From Antechinus flavipes (taxonomy: Eukaryota), in the NCBI RefSeq assembly GCF_016432865.1, contig NC_067398.1, forward strand, positions 717,588,001-717,652,000: a DNA stretch of 64,000 nucleotides. Direction: 5' to 3'. Positions 11,096-23,431 of this stretch are shown in pieces. Under the pieces are notes generated by a model. That model saw only the letters and a list, made by a program, of their open reading frames with translations, had not been told where the DNA came from and did no database searches. A program made the translations under genes and the position numbers. Each line of letters opens with the position of its first letter. The stretch's first letter is position 1.

Positions 11096-13390
11096 CCCAC
11101 CTGAGGAATGGCTACTAAAGAGTCAAGCCAGAGCCCTTCCATGTCCTATTTTCTGTGTAGTCTTCCCCTCCATTTTGCAGTCAAAATCTCCTGGGAAAAA
11201 TGGCCACTGCAGCCGAGCTGAGGCAAAAGAAGGTGAGGTTTGTCTTGTGTCTGGTCAGGCAAAGAGCCTGGAGGGCAGTGGATGTTGAAGTGGAAACCAG
11301 ACAGCTACAGAAAGTCCTGTGGGAGCATGACCAGATCATTACTCTGCTCAAAAAAACCATAAGGTCTTCTCCCTAGTGCGAAGATATTCACATTTAGGTC
11401 ACCCCATAATCTGGCTCCAACCCCCCCTTTCCAGCTTTGTTTCCCATAAATCCCTTTTCCTTTTCCAGCTAAATTGGTCGATTGACTCTTCTAGGCTCTC
11501 TTCTCGCCATCTCTCCTCTCTATGCATTTACACACACTATTCCCTAAGGAGGAAACTCCCTTCTCATTTCGGACGCATGAAATCCTCTTCTTTCCAAGTT
11601 TTCCCTCACCACCTGCTCTCTCCTAGAGCTGAACGGGATACCAGAGGTCAATTTCCCAATTTACAGATGAGAAAACGGGCGTGGAGAAATGATCTGCTCC
11701 AGGTCACCCAGCTAACAACCGGCAGAGTCAGGTCTTCTGACCAGCGTCCTGCCTCGGCACTCAATCTCTCGGCGACTGCCTCCCATAAAACCTTAGCTAA
11801 TCTTCCTCTTTTCCCATGTGGTCTTCCTGCCCCTCCCCGGGCTCTTTGAAGGGAAGGGCAGGGGTCATTTTTCATCTTGTATCTGCGCCATTGGCCCCTC
11901 AAACAGACTTTTGAAGTTTGCTGAACTGGCTCCTCCAAGGGAAGAATGCTGACTACGTCCCCCTCCACCAGAAGGGAAGTCTGGCTGCCAAAGGCTCCGA
12001 ATGAGTCCTCGGGAAAACTCCCTTCTCGAGTTTTTCTTGCTCTGGCCTCCGTGTCCCCGCTGTGAGGCAGCACGGGGTCCCCCTCCTCAGCCCCAGCCCG
12101 GGTCCCTCACAACACACAAACACCCGAGAGGCTCCAGGGGTGCCATCTGGAATTCATAGAAGTACAGATTCTCCGAGTCTGGTCTTGCCTCTGGCCCCCC
12201 AATTACTGCGGAAGGCAGACTCATCCACTGTTGTCAGCTCGGATCCCATCTGTCCCTTTGATCCAACAGAAATCAACTCCCCGGAAATTTGCCCATTAGT
12301 GGGGAAGGGAGGTCAAAGAAGTTTTGTTCCTCTTCCAGGGGAAAGCCCCCAACTACTTACAGACAACTATCCCTTCCCCATGAAAAACTCCCTGTTCTTT
12401 CCCCATTCCCTGGATCTGACATGATTTCCAAGCCCCGCACCCTCTAGCCACAGGCTGAGGAATCTTTTTTCCACCAAGGCCATTGGACATTTATGACATT
12501 CGTGGGCCACACAAAACTATCGACTTATAGAGCTCAAACCCGAGAAGGTTGCCATCAGCAACCTTTCAGCTCATCATCTCCTCCCGCTGCCTTAGCCAAC
12601 GATTTTCCCCACCCTGCTCTGGCCCGCCGATGCCTTCCTTGAAGTGGGGTGCTTCAGGGTGCAGGGCTCAAAGCCATCTGAGGGGGACAGCAGTGGGCTG
12701 TTCTTCACTCGGGTCTCCCGGGAAATCTGCCCGCAAGAGCGAATGCCGTCTGGTGTGGCCACCAGCTCCCAGGGATGGCCCTGAGGGGGAGCTGTCATCT
12801 CTGGGTAGTTGGGTTGGGGGTTTTTCCATCACAAAACTGTGATTTGGCAGCATCTCCCCCCTCCCAGAGAAGCACTTTTTCTCTGGGCTAAGGGACTGTG
12901 TCTCCCAGCATCCTCTACCAAAGCACAAAGACTCTGAGAAGTCATCAACCCCCCCACCTGACTTGTTTTAGTAATGATAACAAACCCATCACCTAGAAAG
13001 GCTCTGGGAAAGAGGAATGGGTGCGAGAGGGCTCCTCCCCAAGGAGGACGGGCAAGTTTTGACCCTAAATCCTTCTCAGGAAGAATGGGCAGGAGACCCT
13101 CCCACTCCCATTGTCTACAAAGTTAAGAAGCTCGACGCAGGGACGAGACCAGGCTTTGGGAGAAAACTCTCACAGGGCACATGGGGGAAGAATGAGCCGC
13201 TCTGACTGAGAGCCCCCGGGGAAGATTCCTCTGCCCTCCTACCTTAGCTCCGGGCCCCGGGCCAGCACGGGGGTCGGCCACGCCAGCTCTCTGCCGGACA
13301 TCTGCGGGGAGCTCCTCCCCTCGGCCTCCAGGCCTCCAGGTCCCTCTCAGGCTCGGGGAGAGAGCTCCATTGCCCACGCAGTCCCCGCTC

Positions 13391-13443
13391 CTTTGTGACT
13401 TCACAGAGTCACTCCGGAGACAATGCCGAGCGTTCTACCTCCA
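13391..13443 (+). promoter_or_regulatory. TSSK1 proximal element: CRE-like TGACTTCA plus 37-bp core shared with TSSK2
   Basis: CTTTGTGACTTCAC (13391-13404) and AGTCACTCCGGAGACAATGCCGAGCGTTCTACCTCCA (13407-13443) are identical to 24185-24198 and 24206-24242. Regulatory function is inferred. Confidence 0.6.
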
Positions 13444-13565
13444 AGCAGCTCCAGGCCCAGCCCGCTCAGAGGACTCTCCCACGGTGTCAATAAGGGCGCT
13501 GTTGGCCTAGGTGGGGAAGGGACATGTAGAGAGCAGCGTCAGGGGCACTCGTCTCTTCTAGTACT

Positions 13566-14666
13566 ATGGATGATGCTGCTGTCCTTAAGAGAAGAGGCTA
13601 CATCATGGGAATAAATTTGGGAGAGGGCTCGTATGCAAAAGTGAAATCTGCTTACTCTGAGCGCCTGAAGTTCAATGTGGCGGTCAAGATCATAGACCGC
13701 AGGAAAGCCCCCACGGACTTCCTCGAGAAATTCCTGCCCCGGGAGATCGAGATCCTGGCGATGCTGAACCACCGCTCCATCGTCAAGACCTACGAGATCT
13801 TCGAGACGTCGGACGGCAAGGTCTACATCATCATGGAGCTGGGGGTCCAGGGGGACCTCCTGGAGTTCATCAAGACCCGGGGCGCCCTGCACGAGGACGA
13901 CGCTCGGAAGAAGTTCCACCAGCTCTCCTCGGCCGTCAAGTACTGCCACGACCTGGACGTCGTCCACCGCGACCTCAAGTGCGAGAACCTCCTGCTCGAC
14001 AAAGACTTCAACATCAAGCTGTCGGACTTCGGGTTCTCCAAGCGCTGCCTCCGCGACGACGGCGGGCGCATCTTGCTCAGCAAGACCTTCTGCGGGTCGG
14101 CGGCCTACGCGGCCCCCGAGGTGNNNNNNNNNNNNNNNNNNNNNNNNNNNNNNNNNNNNNNNNNNNNNNNNNNNNNNNNNNNNNNNNNNNNNNNNNNNNN
14201 NNNNNNNNNNNNNNNNNNNNNNNNNNNNNNNNNNNNNNNNNNNNNNNNNNNNNNNCACCGTGTCAACTTCCCCCGCTCCAAGCACCTGACGGGCGAGTGC
14301 AAGGACCTCATCTACCGCATGCTGCAGCCCGACGTCAGTCGGCGGCTGCACATCGACGAGATCCTCAGCCACTGCTGGGTGCAGCAGGTCAAGCCCAAGA
14401 CTCAGCCCTCGATCTCCACTACCAAGGATGGGGAGAGCTCGCGGGGAACGCAGGACACGCTCAAGGTCCCGGAGGCGAACGTGGAGAAGAAGTCCGCCAC
14501 CAAGGTGGAGGAGAAGGAGGAGTCCAAGCAGGACGCGAACGCCGAGAAGGAAGAGTCGGTGCAGGTGACGCGGCAGTCAGAGATCCTGGGCTTCAACGCG
14601 GACCAGCCGGCCACGGAACCCGAGCAAGGGAAGCTCTCACCGCCTACAGAGACTGTGCACACCTAA
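13566..14666 (+). CDS. TSSK1: Testis-specific serine/threonine kinase 1 (intronless, 366 aa; 44 codons hidden by Ns)
   Basis: [44 protein letters not shown]; [11 protein letters not shown] and [14 protein letters not shown] motifs; diagnostic TSSK1 N-terminus; frame preserved across gap 14124-14255. The human functional counterpart is named TSSK1B. Confidence 0.95.
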   Translation: MDDAAVLKRRGYIMGINLGEGSYAKVKSAYSERLKFNVAVKIIDRRKAPTDFLEKFLPREIEILAMLNHRSIVKTYEIFETSDGKVYIIMELGVQGDLLEFIKTRGALHEDDARKKFHQLSSAVKYCHDLDVVHRDLKCENLLLDKDFNIKLSDFGFSKRCLRDDGGRILLSKTFCGSAAYAAPEVXXXXXXXXXXXXXXXXXXXXXXXXXXXXXXXXXXXXXXXXXXXXHRVNFPRSKHLTGECKDLIYRMLQPDVSRRLHIDEILSHCWVQQVKPKTQPSISTTKDGESSRGTQDTLKVPEANVEKKSATKVEEKEESKQDANAEKEESVQVTRQSEILGFNADQPATEPEQGKLSPPTETVHT

Positions 14667-14846
14667 GGAGACTGACAGGGCCCCAGGGGGCTGCAGAAGG
14701 AGAGAAATGGAGCCTGAGGTTCGGTTCGGAGCTTGGATGGGAGAGGTCAGGAGCGTGCAGGAGAAAGTAAACACGGTCCATTATAAGCTGCTATTTTCAT
14801 TAATTCCTCCTCCCTTCCTTCGAACATAGTAACCACATGGCTAAAG

Positions 14847-14860
14847 AATAAACCAATAAA
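14847..14860 (+). terminator. TSSK1 polyadenylation signals (tandem AATAAA)
   Basis: AATAAA at 14847-14852 and 14855-14860, ~180 nt after the stop. Confidence 0.7.
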
Positions 14861-15099
14861 TCATGGACTATATTAGAACCCAAACCTGGCACGAGTATTA
14901 TTCTCTGCGGCAGCTGCCGGGAGCACAGGCTCCAGCCCCTCCCCAGTCTGGACTTCAGGAAGGGAGGGAACACAGCCCAAGGGAGGTCAAGATGGGCAGC
15001 AGAAAAGAGTGGGAAAGGGAGCCAGATTGGGGTTCGAATCTTAGCTCTAGAACTTATTAGCTGGATAAGTTACTCCCCACCCTGCACCTATAAAACTAG

Positions 15100-17511
15100 C
15101 AGGGAATCCCATGATTATCTCAATAGATGCAGAAAAAGCATGTGATAAAATATAACATCCATTCTTCATTAAAAAAAAAACACTAGAGAGCAAAGGAATC
15201 AATGAAGTTTTCCTTAAAATGATAAGTAGCACCTCTCTAAAACCATCATCGAGCATTATAGGTAATGGGGATAAGCTAGAGGAGTTCCCAATAAGATCAA
15301 GAGTGAAATCACCACTATTATGCAACATTGTACTAGAAACTTTAAGTTTTAGCAATAAGAGATTAAAGGAATTAAGAGTAGGTAATGAGCAAACAAAACT
15401 ATCTCTCTTTGCAGATGTTTTGATGGTACATTTAGAGAATCCTAGAAAATCAATGAAAAAACGACCAGAAACAATGAACAACTTTAGCAAAGCTACAGGA
15501 TGTAAAATAAACCCACTTAAATCATCGGTATTTCTATATGTTACCAAGAAGGTCCAACAGCAAGAGATAGAAAGAGAAATCCCATTTAAAATAACTGCAG
15601 ATAATATAAAATATTTGGAAGTCTACCTGCAAGATAAAGCCAGGAACTCTACGAACACAATTACAAAACACTTTCCACGCAAATAAAGTTAGATCTAAAC
15701 AATTGGAAAAATATTTATTGCTCTTAAGGGGGAAGGCCCAAGTTAATGTAAAATGACAATCCTACTTAAATTTAATCTACTTATTCAGTGTCATACCAAT
15801 TAAACTGTCAGAAAGTTACTATAGAGGTAGAAAAAACAATAATTCCTCATCTAGAAGAACCAAGGGTCAAGAATATTAAGGGAATTAATTTTTTTTTAAT
15901 GCAAAGAAAGGTGGCCTACCGGTATCAGATTTAAAAAAAAGATTATAAAGTGGTGGTCATTTGTTACCATTTGTTACCGGGTAAGAAATAGAGTGGTGGA
16001 TCAGTGGGATAGATACAGTAGACACAAGACACGATAGCCAATGACTACTATGACCTAGTGTTTGATAAAAAAAACTCCAGCTCCTGGGATAAAAATTCAC
16101 TATTTGCCAAAAATTTCTGGGAAAATTGGAAAATGGAATGGCAGAAACTAGTCACTGACCAGCATCTAACACTCTATACCAAGATAAGGTTGAAATGAAT
16201 TCATGATTTAGATATAAAGGATGATATTCTAAATAAATCAGACGAGCAAGGATAGTTTATCAGATCTATGGAGAAGGGAGGAATTTATGGCCAAAGAAGA
16301 ACGAGAGAACATTATGAAATGCAAAATGGATAATTCTGATTATATTAAGTTTAAAAGTTTCTGTGCAAACAAAACCAATGCAGCCAACATTAGAAGGGAA
16401 GCAGAAAACTGGGAAAAAATTTTTACAACCTGTGTTTCTGATAAAAGTCTCATTTCTAAATCTATAGAGAACTGATTCAAATTTATAATACATACAAATA
16501 ATTGATAAATGGTCAAAAGATACGAACAGGCAATTTCAGATGAAATTAAAGCCATTTCTAGTCATAGGAAAAAATGCTCTAAATCACTATTAATTAGAGA
16601 AATGTAAATTAAGACAACTCTGAGGTACCACCTCATACCTCTCAGATTAGCTAAGATGACAGGAAAAGACAATGATAAATGGTGGAGGGGATGTGGGAAA
16701 AAGAAAACATTACTGCACTGTTGGTGGAGTTGTGAACTGATATAACCATTCTGGAGAACAATTTGGAAATATGTCCAAAAGGGCTATAAAACTGTGCTTT
16801 GACCCAGCAGGGTCACTACTGAGTCTCTATCCCAAAGCAATTATAAAGGAGGGAAAGAGACCCACCTGTGCAAAACTGTTTGCGGCAACTCTTTTTGTAG
16901 GGGCAAGAAACTGGAAAGTGAGTGGATGCCCATCAGATGGGGAATGGCTGAATAAATTATGGCATATGAGTGTTATGGAATATTATTGTTCTATAAGAAA
17001 CGATCGGCAGGAGGATTTCAGAAAATCCTGGAAAGACTTACAAGGAAGTGATGCTGAGTGAAGTGAGCAGAACTAGGAGAATATCATGCAAGATTATATG
17101 ATGTTCAATTGTGACGGACTTGACTCTTCTCAATAATGCGGTGATTCAAGGTAATTCCAATAGACTTGGGATAGAAATTGCCAATCACATCTAGAGAGAG
17201 AGAACTATGGAATCAATATGGAGAAACACACAATATTTTCACCTTTTGTTTGTTTCTTCTTATGGGTTTTTTTCCTTTTGCTCTGATTTTTCTTGCACAA
17301 CATGTTAAATATGGAAATAGGTTTAAAAGGATGGCATAGGTTTAACCTATATCAGATTGCTTGCTGTCTTGGGGAGAATGGCAGTAATTTAAGGGAGAAA
17401 ATTTTAGAATACAAAGTTTTATAAAAATGAATGCTTAAAACTAGCTTTACTTGTATTTGGAAAAATCAACTATTTTTGCTATTGCTAATATTGCTATTGA
17501 GAAAATAAAAA
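15100..17511 (+). mobile_element. 5'-truncated, internally deleted L1 (ORF2 RT remnant to 3'UTR)
   Basis: Degenerate RT peptides (IISIDAEKA; KLEEFPIRSRVK...PLLCNIVLETL; KLSLFADVLMVHLENP; SKATGCKIN); multiple stops and frameshifts; marsupial L1 3'UTR and A-rich end. Confidence 0.92.
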
Positions 17512-20500
17512 TGAGTGGGGTTGAACTGAATTCTAAGGTACCTGACAGTTTTAAATCCTAAAATCCTTGGAAACTCACATTGAAGGAGCTTCCCCCCCAC
17601 CGGTTCTCCCCCTTCTCCCCGCGCCGGCAGCAGTCATCCATCCCTCTGGTGACGACCAGGCTCCTATTCAGGTCAAGATCACCCTCATCCTCCCTGGGAT
17701 CTTGCCCTTGATCTCACCCCCCCATGAATCCTGAAATTGCAATCCTCCTACTTCTGGACATTTAAGCCAGAGAAGTCCCCAGGACCTGGCAGCTCTGAGG
17801 TGGTGCTGAGCAATGCTTTAGAGCAATGCTCACAAACGACCGGTGTGACCTTGGGCAGCGTCTTCAAGCTCCCTGGACCTTTGTTCCTTCATTGGAAAGA
17901 GGGAACATAGCCTCTGTGCTCTCCTAAAGTCCCAACCAGCTCCGACTCCTGACCCTTTGCTGTATGGTCTTAACAAGATCATTTACATCTAAGGGCTTCA
18001 CGTGCCTCAGCTCTAAAATGGGGACGGTCAAGTTTGCCTTGCTTGTCTCTGAGAACACAATATGGAAACGGGCAGATGAGGACCATGGAAAATATACTGG
18101 AAGCAGCCGGAGGGGCGTGAGAATAGGTGAGTGCTGAAGCAGGAGAGAATTGGGGAGACCAGGGCAGGATCTGGAAATCATGGCCCTGAGAGTTCCAGCC
18201 TCCCAGAGGCCCCCATCCCCTCCCAGCAGGTGCCTCCCTTCCTCTGAAGGGGCCACAGGAGCACAAGAATAATATATATGGTTACAAAGCATCAAATTTG
18301 AGCTTCCCTCCCCACTTGTGTCCCAGAGACAGGGCTACCCACCCCTGAGAAGCCAAGGCCGAGTCCTGTCTTCGACTGGGCTAAAAGGGAATCACAGGCG
18401 GGAGCAGGGAGGGAGGACCTTGCAATCCCCACCCATGGCCGGCCTGGGCACAGATATAGGACCCAGAGGAAGGGATCAGAACTACTGCTCCCTGCCCAGG
18501 TAACCTAAAGCAAGCCCCCTCTCCTCTCTAGGACTCAGTTCTCCCAAACACAAGATGAGGGGGTGAGACAACAACAAGACTTGTCAGATCCCTAGGTGCT
18601 AAGTCATCCTGAGCTAGCCCCGGGACCTCCAGACCCTCCATGTGAGGAGGCCCACCATTCCCAGCTCAAAGTTCAGGCTTAGCCACTCACCTCCCCAGGG
18701 AACCTCTGTCCTCTGGGACCCCGGAGCCACCTTGGGAGCGAGCTCCCTGACGGCTCACCGACTCACCTGGGAGCAGAACGGGGCTTCTAGGATGCACTGT
18801 CTGGCTTTCTGTCCCCAGGCACTGAGCCCACATCATTCCTGGGGAAACGGGGATTCCCAATGAGGCGCTCCTGGGGTCAGAGCTTGGCTGGCCCACTCAG
18901 GGCCAGGTGAAGGTCCTTGAGAAGAAAAGCAGAATTGATGCTGAGGGAGCTGAGCCCAGAGGACCTGAGGAGGATGGTCCCCATCCACCAGGCTCAGAGA
19001 TGAGGTTGCCTAGTGTTGCTGTTGAAAGAATATCACACTTGGAGCCCTAGAGCTAGACTCCCAACTTCATTCTTACCTGAAAAGGTCACAACGTCCCTGG
19101 GCCTCAGTTTGCTCATCTGTAAAATGGAAGGGTTGGACTGGATGGTCTCTAGTATTCCTTCTAGACCTAGGAACCTACAGCAAAGACTGCAAGGATTACT
19201 CTGCACTGATTAATTATATCCTGAGTGATTACTTTTCCTTTTCTTCTGTCAACCTCCCCGCCTGCAAAATGACAATGGTGAGTCACACTAGCACAATCTA
19301 CCCCATAGGACTGTCACAGAGAAAGCCCTTGATAAACCTTAGAACCTGATGCAAACAGGAAGTGAAATCGCTGCCAGCTGTGGGATTTGTTCCCTGCCTC
19401 TCCCAGGACCCTCGATGCCAAACTGGAGCCAGGAAAGAGAGGCTATACTGGTGTTGTCCAATCCCAAGTGGGCCTTCACTACTGCAGGGCAATTATTTTA
19501 TTTCCTCCCTGTGACTATCAACCTCCCGTCCCCACAGAAGCTGTTCCAAGCCTTCTCTCATCTCCTCAGTTGAGAACTTTCCTTTATATTTTGCTGAGAA
19601 AACAGAGAATCTGTTGTGCGCTCCCCCTACTCCCTTCACCTCAAAACTCCTCCTCGCCATTCTCTGCTCTCTGATCAAGAGGAGGCATCTTCCCTGGATT
19701 CTGTTATCTAACCCTAACTGTCCCGTCTTCTCCAGGGGCTGCCTCCACTATCACGCCCTCTCTTTCCTAACCTTAAACCTTTCCTCCTGTCCCCTGGTTT
19801 ATTCCCCGCTACTTCTCTTTAAAAACGTTTTTTTCTACTTGATTCAAGTGATGATCCTCCATCTTCTTCCCTTCCATAACTAAACTCCCAGGAAAAGCTG
19901 CCTCTTCGTCCTCTCCACACATTCAGTTCTCCACCCTTTGCAATCAAGCTGCCAACTTGACCGCTCAAGGGCCCAATCTCAACCTTTCTCCTTCTTAAAG
20001 CTCTCGGAAAGTTCTGGGGACCACCGGCCCCTCCTGGGTCCTCCAAGTTCTCCGCACTGACAGCTGCCCCTCAGGCTCCTTTGCTGGATGATCATCATCC
20101 TTAACCACTCTCCCGGACCCTCTTTTCTCTCTACACTGTCACTTGAACTCATTGATTCCAACGGAGTTAAGGATTTACCTCTAGGCAGAAACTCTCAAAA
20201 GCTAGTCCCGCATTACTCACTGCCTGGTGGACATCCTCCCCTCGATATCCCATAGAAAATTCCAACTCTGCCTCTCTTGCCCCTGCCTCCTTTCTGTCCA
20301 CACAGTCACCGCCTTAGCTTTGACTATTAAACAACTCGCACTTAGACCATTCTAAAAAAATCCTAAATAATCTCGTCTCAAGTTTCTCCCTTCACCAATC
20401 CCTCCTCACCTCGGCCTCTCCGAGGACAGTTTCCTCCCTTTCGAAGCTTGGCAGACCTTTCCTCATTCTTACCCAGCTGCTAACGGCCTCCCCTCCAAAG

Positions 20501-23386
20501 TTACCTTGGGTTTAAAATTTAATTTGCACATACTCTGCCTAAGCTTATATCCTGGCACACAGGAGCCGCCTCAACAACTTGGAAGCTCTTTGAGGGCAAG
20601 GACTGGCGTTTCTGTCTTCGTATCCAGTAGGCATTTAATGTGAAACGCACCCTTTCATCCCAGATCCGGGAAAAGCAAGACGCCAGCCCTTCTAAGCCTC
20701 CTCTATACTATTCTATATCCCCTCTTTTCCCCTCTGTGTTTCAAGAGCTCCAAAAGGTGTAAAAGCTTGAGGGGAGCCAATCCTACCTCCTACTTCTAGG
20801 GGACCCTTCTTGGAGGTTTCTCTGACTCAAGTCAGGGGAGGCCTGACCCACAAACAAGGCCCAAGATCTCTAAGTCCACATAGTATGGACCTCTCCTGGA
20901 AAAAAAAAGAATCAGAGAGGGGCAGGATGACCTTTAAGCTTTTGAAGGATTATCAATGGGAGAACAAATTAGCCTTGTGGTGCTTAGATCCAAAGATCTA
21001 AGTGGAGTAACGAATCTATATTGGGGAGACAATAGATCCAACCCAAAAGACAGGAGCCGCCCAACAAGGGAGCGAGTGGATTTCCTCTCCCTGAAGATCT
21101 CCCCACACAGGCTGGGTGACCACTTGTCCAAGAAATTATCAAGAACTCTTCAGTATTGGTTGGACTGTACACCCGCAAAGCTCTTTCCTCACACTCTGAT
21201 ATGTTCCATGGATCAGGCAGCTGGAAGTCCCAGGGTCCTCAGGGGTTTTATCAAGGCCAAGCCATCCTTGCAGAGAAACGCTCCCAACATCTCCCACTAG
21301 TCATCCAGCCTCTGGTGGAACATCTCCTAAAGCTCTGCCCCCCAGGGCCAAATCCTCCTTCACAGACAGCTACCGTCTCTTCCTCTATGTCTCCTTATCT
21401 CATTAAATAACCCTAATTCCTTCCCTGCAGCCTCAGTCTCTTGGCTGCGCAGCCTACATCCCAATGAGTTAATGTGACATCCAGATGCAGCCACCTGCCA
21501 AGGGCAGAGGAACCGTCACCTGCAGCTTTCCAGATACTTTTTCTCCCAATATAACCTATGACTGCATTAGCTATTTTGTCAGGGGCTGACTTAAGTAACT
21601 TGCTTTACTGAAACCCCTCCGTCTCTGGCTACCTGATTTTCCTGGAGGTTTGAGCCCACCCATTTGTCTAGCTCTTCCTTTCCCGAAGATGTTGCTCCCA
21701 AAACTCCAGTAAGGTACACCCTCCTATCCAGGGCCTGGACTCAATAGCTTGCTAGTCAAAGACACACAAGGACATCAGAGCAGACCATCCTCGGCCTAAC
21801 AGATATTTCTCTTCCGCAGCCACAGTCATTCGCTTCCCTCCACCCCCACCCCAATCTTGGTCCTGTTCCCTTCTAATCCCTACATTGTAGGAATAATAGC
21901 TCTAGCTCAAAAGAGTGAGAACTGAAGGAGAGTCCAGCCAAGCTCCTTCTCAGGAGCTTGAAGCGGCCCACTTAACCTCCAGAAAAAACCAAACACCTAT
22001 TCCCACGCACAAACCCTATTATTCCCATCCCAACCCTCCAAATGCTAGCTCTCCACCAGGGTAACCTCTACATACTCCTCTGCTCACTGTCGCCCGGTCC
22101 CTCTCCTCGCAAATATCCAGAAGCTTTCTCAATTGGCATCTCCACTGGAAATCAGTACAAATAACTCATTACAAGGACATACAAGGTAGAGAGATATCAG
22201 CCTACCCTAGGAAAAAAGCACGGCGTTTGGAGGGTCAATCCTGTCTCTGACCCCTACTGGCCGGCCGACTTCAGCGCTCACTTTGGCAGCTCGGCGCCCC
22301 CCAAGCCAGCCTCTGAGAGTGTAAGGCATAAATGAGCTGCCAATCAGTACTGGTGAAAGGAGTCCCCACTTTATATGAAATATATGAAATCGCAGACCAA
22401 AAATAACCAGGACTTTCACATCTTGACAGAAATTACAAAGCAGGCTCCGAGGGACAGAGTTCCTTTCCCCTACTACAGAGGGGGTAACCTTGAGCATTCA
22501 AAGGCAGAGGAGACCGACTAATCTAGCACGCCTGTGAGTCCAAGACCGACCCAGGCAAGTCTGGAGAATCCTATCAGCAGAGGCCTGGATCCAGCTGTTC
22601 ATTCAACCTTCTGCTAAGGCATGCAAGGGACCTCTCTCTCTCTCTCTGGGTCACTGCAGTAAGATCCAGTTAGATCCAGAGATCCTTAAAGTCCACCTAA
22701 TTCATCTTTGCACCACCTCCCTCAAAGGCTCATTTGAAAAACCCTCAATTTGCAACCTTCTAGACATGGGAGCTGTGATGAGAATCTTGATCCTGGCCCT
22801 CCCCTCCATTGCATGTCAGATAATCAAGCCCTTGTTCAAGCACTTCAGTCATTCCCCACTGACTTCCTGAGTCTGGCCTAAAGGTCTTTCCACCATCTCT
22901 CTCCAACCAACCATTCCAGCTTTATCTTAATGAATCCATTAACGAGCATTTATTAAGTACCTACTATTTGCCAGACAATGGACTAGGTGTTGAATATAAG
23001 AACTTAAAAATTAAGTCCTTTGTCCAGAAAAACTCATTCCTCTTTCACACCCTAAGCTCCAAGGCAGACTAGCCTACTCACTAGGCCCTTAAACATGGCC
23101 ATGTGCATTCACGCCCTCCCCCAAGCTTTTGCTCCTGCTGTTTCCTCAAGGAGACTATTCACCTCTCTCTCCTATTTAAACTCTCCCATGCTTCCAGGAC
23201 CAGCTTAACTCCCACCTCCTCGGGGTCTCTGCTTGGAGAAGTGTGTACAAGAACTCACAAATGCAGACGACATCATGGTAGGAGGAAAGCCAGAGCAGAG
23301 GAAGACCTCCTACCTCTTCCTATCCCAGAGAACAGAAACAAACACTTTAGTTCTCCTTAAACCTTTGATAGCAATACTTCTGTGCG

Positions 23387-23394
<8 letters not shown>

Positions 23395-23428
<34 letters not shown>
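23395..23428. repeat. (CA)n microsatellite, ~17 units
   Basis: Read directly from the sequence. Confidence 0.95.

Positions 23429-23431
<3 letters not shown>

Noticed and set aside
12130-12180. Minus-strand translation containing ENLYFY, resembling a TEV protease site
   Set aside because: Chance match in a short stop-bounded frame; no vector or construct context.
1-13300. Expected DGCR2 first exon or CpG island from human synteny
   Set aside because: No DGCR2-like signal-peptide exon recognised; probably lies outside the window.
13539-14372. Long antisense and alternate-frame ORFs over TSSK1 and TSSK2
   Set aside because: Shadow ORFs expected from very high GC at third codon positions.
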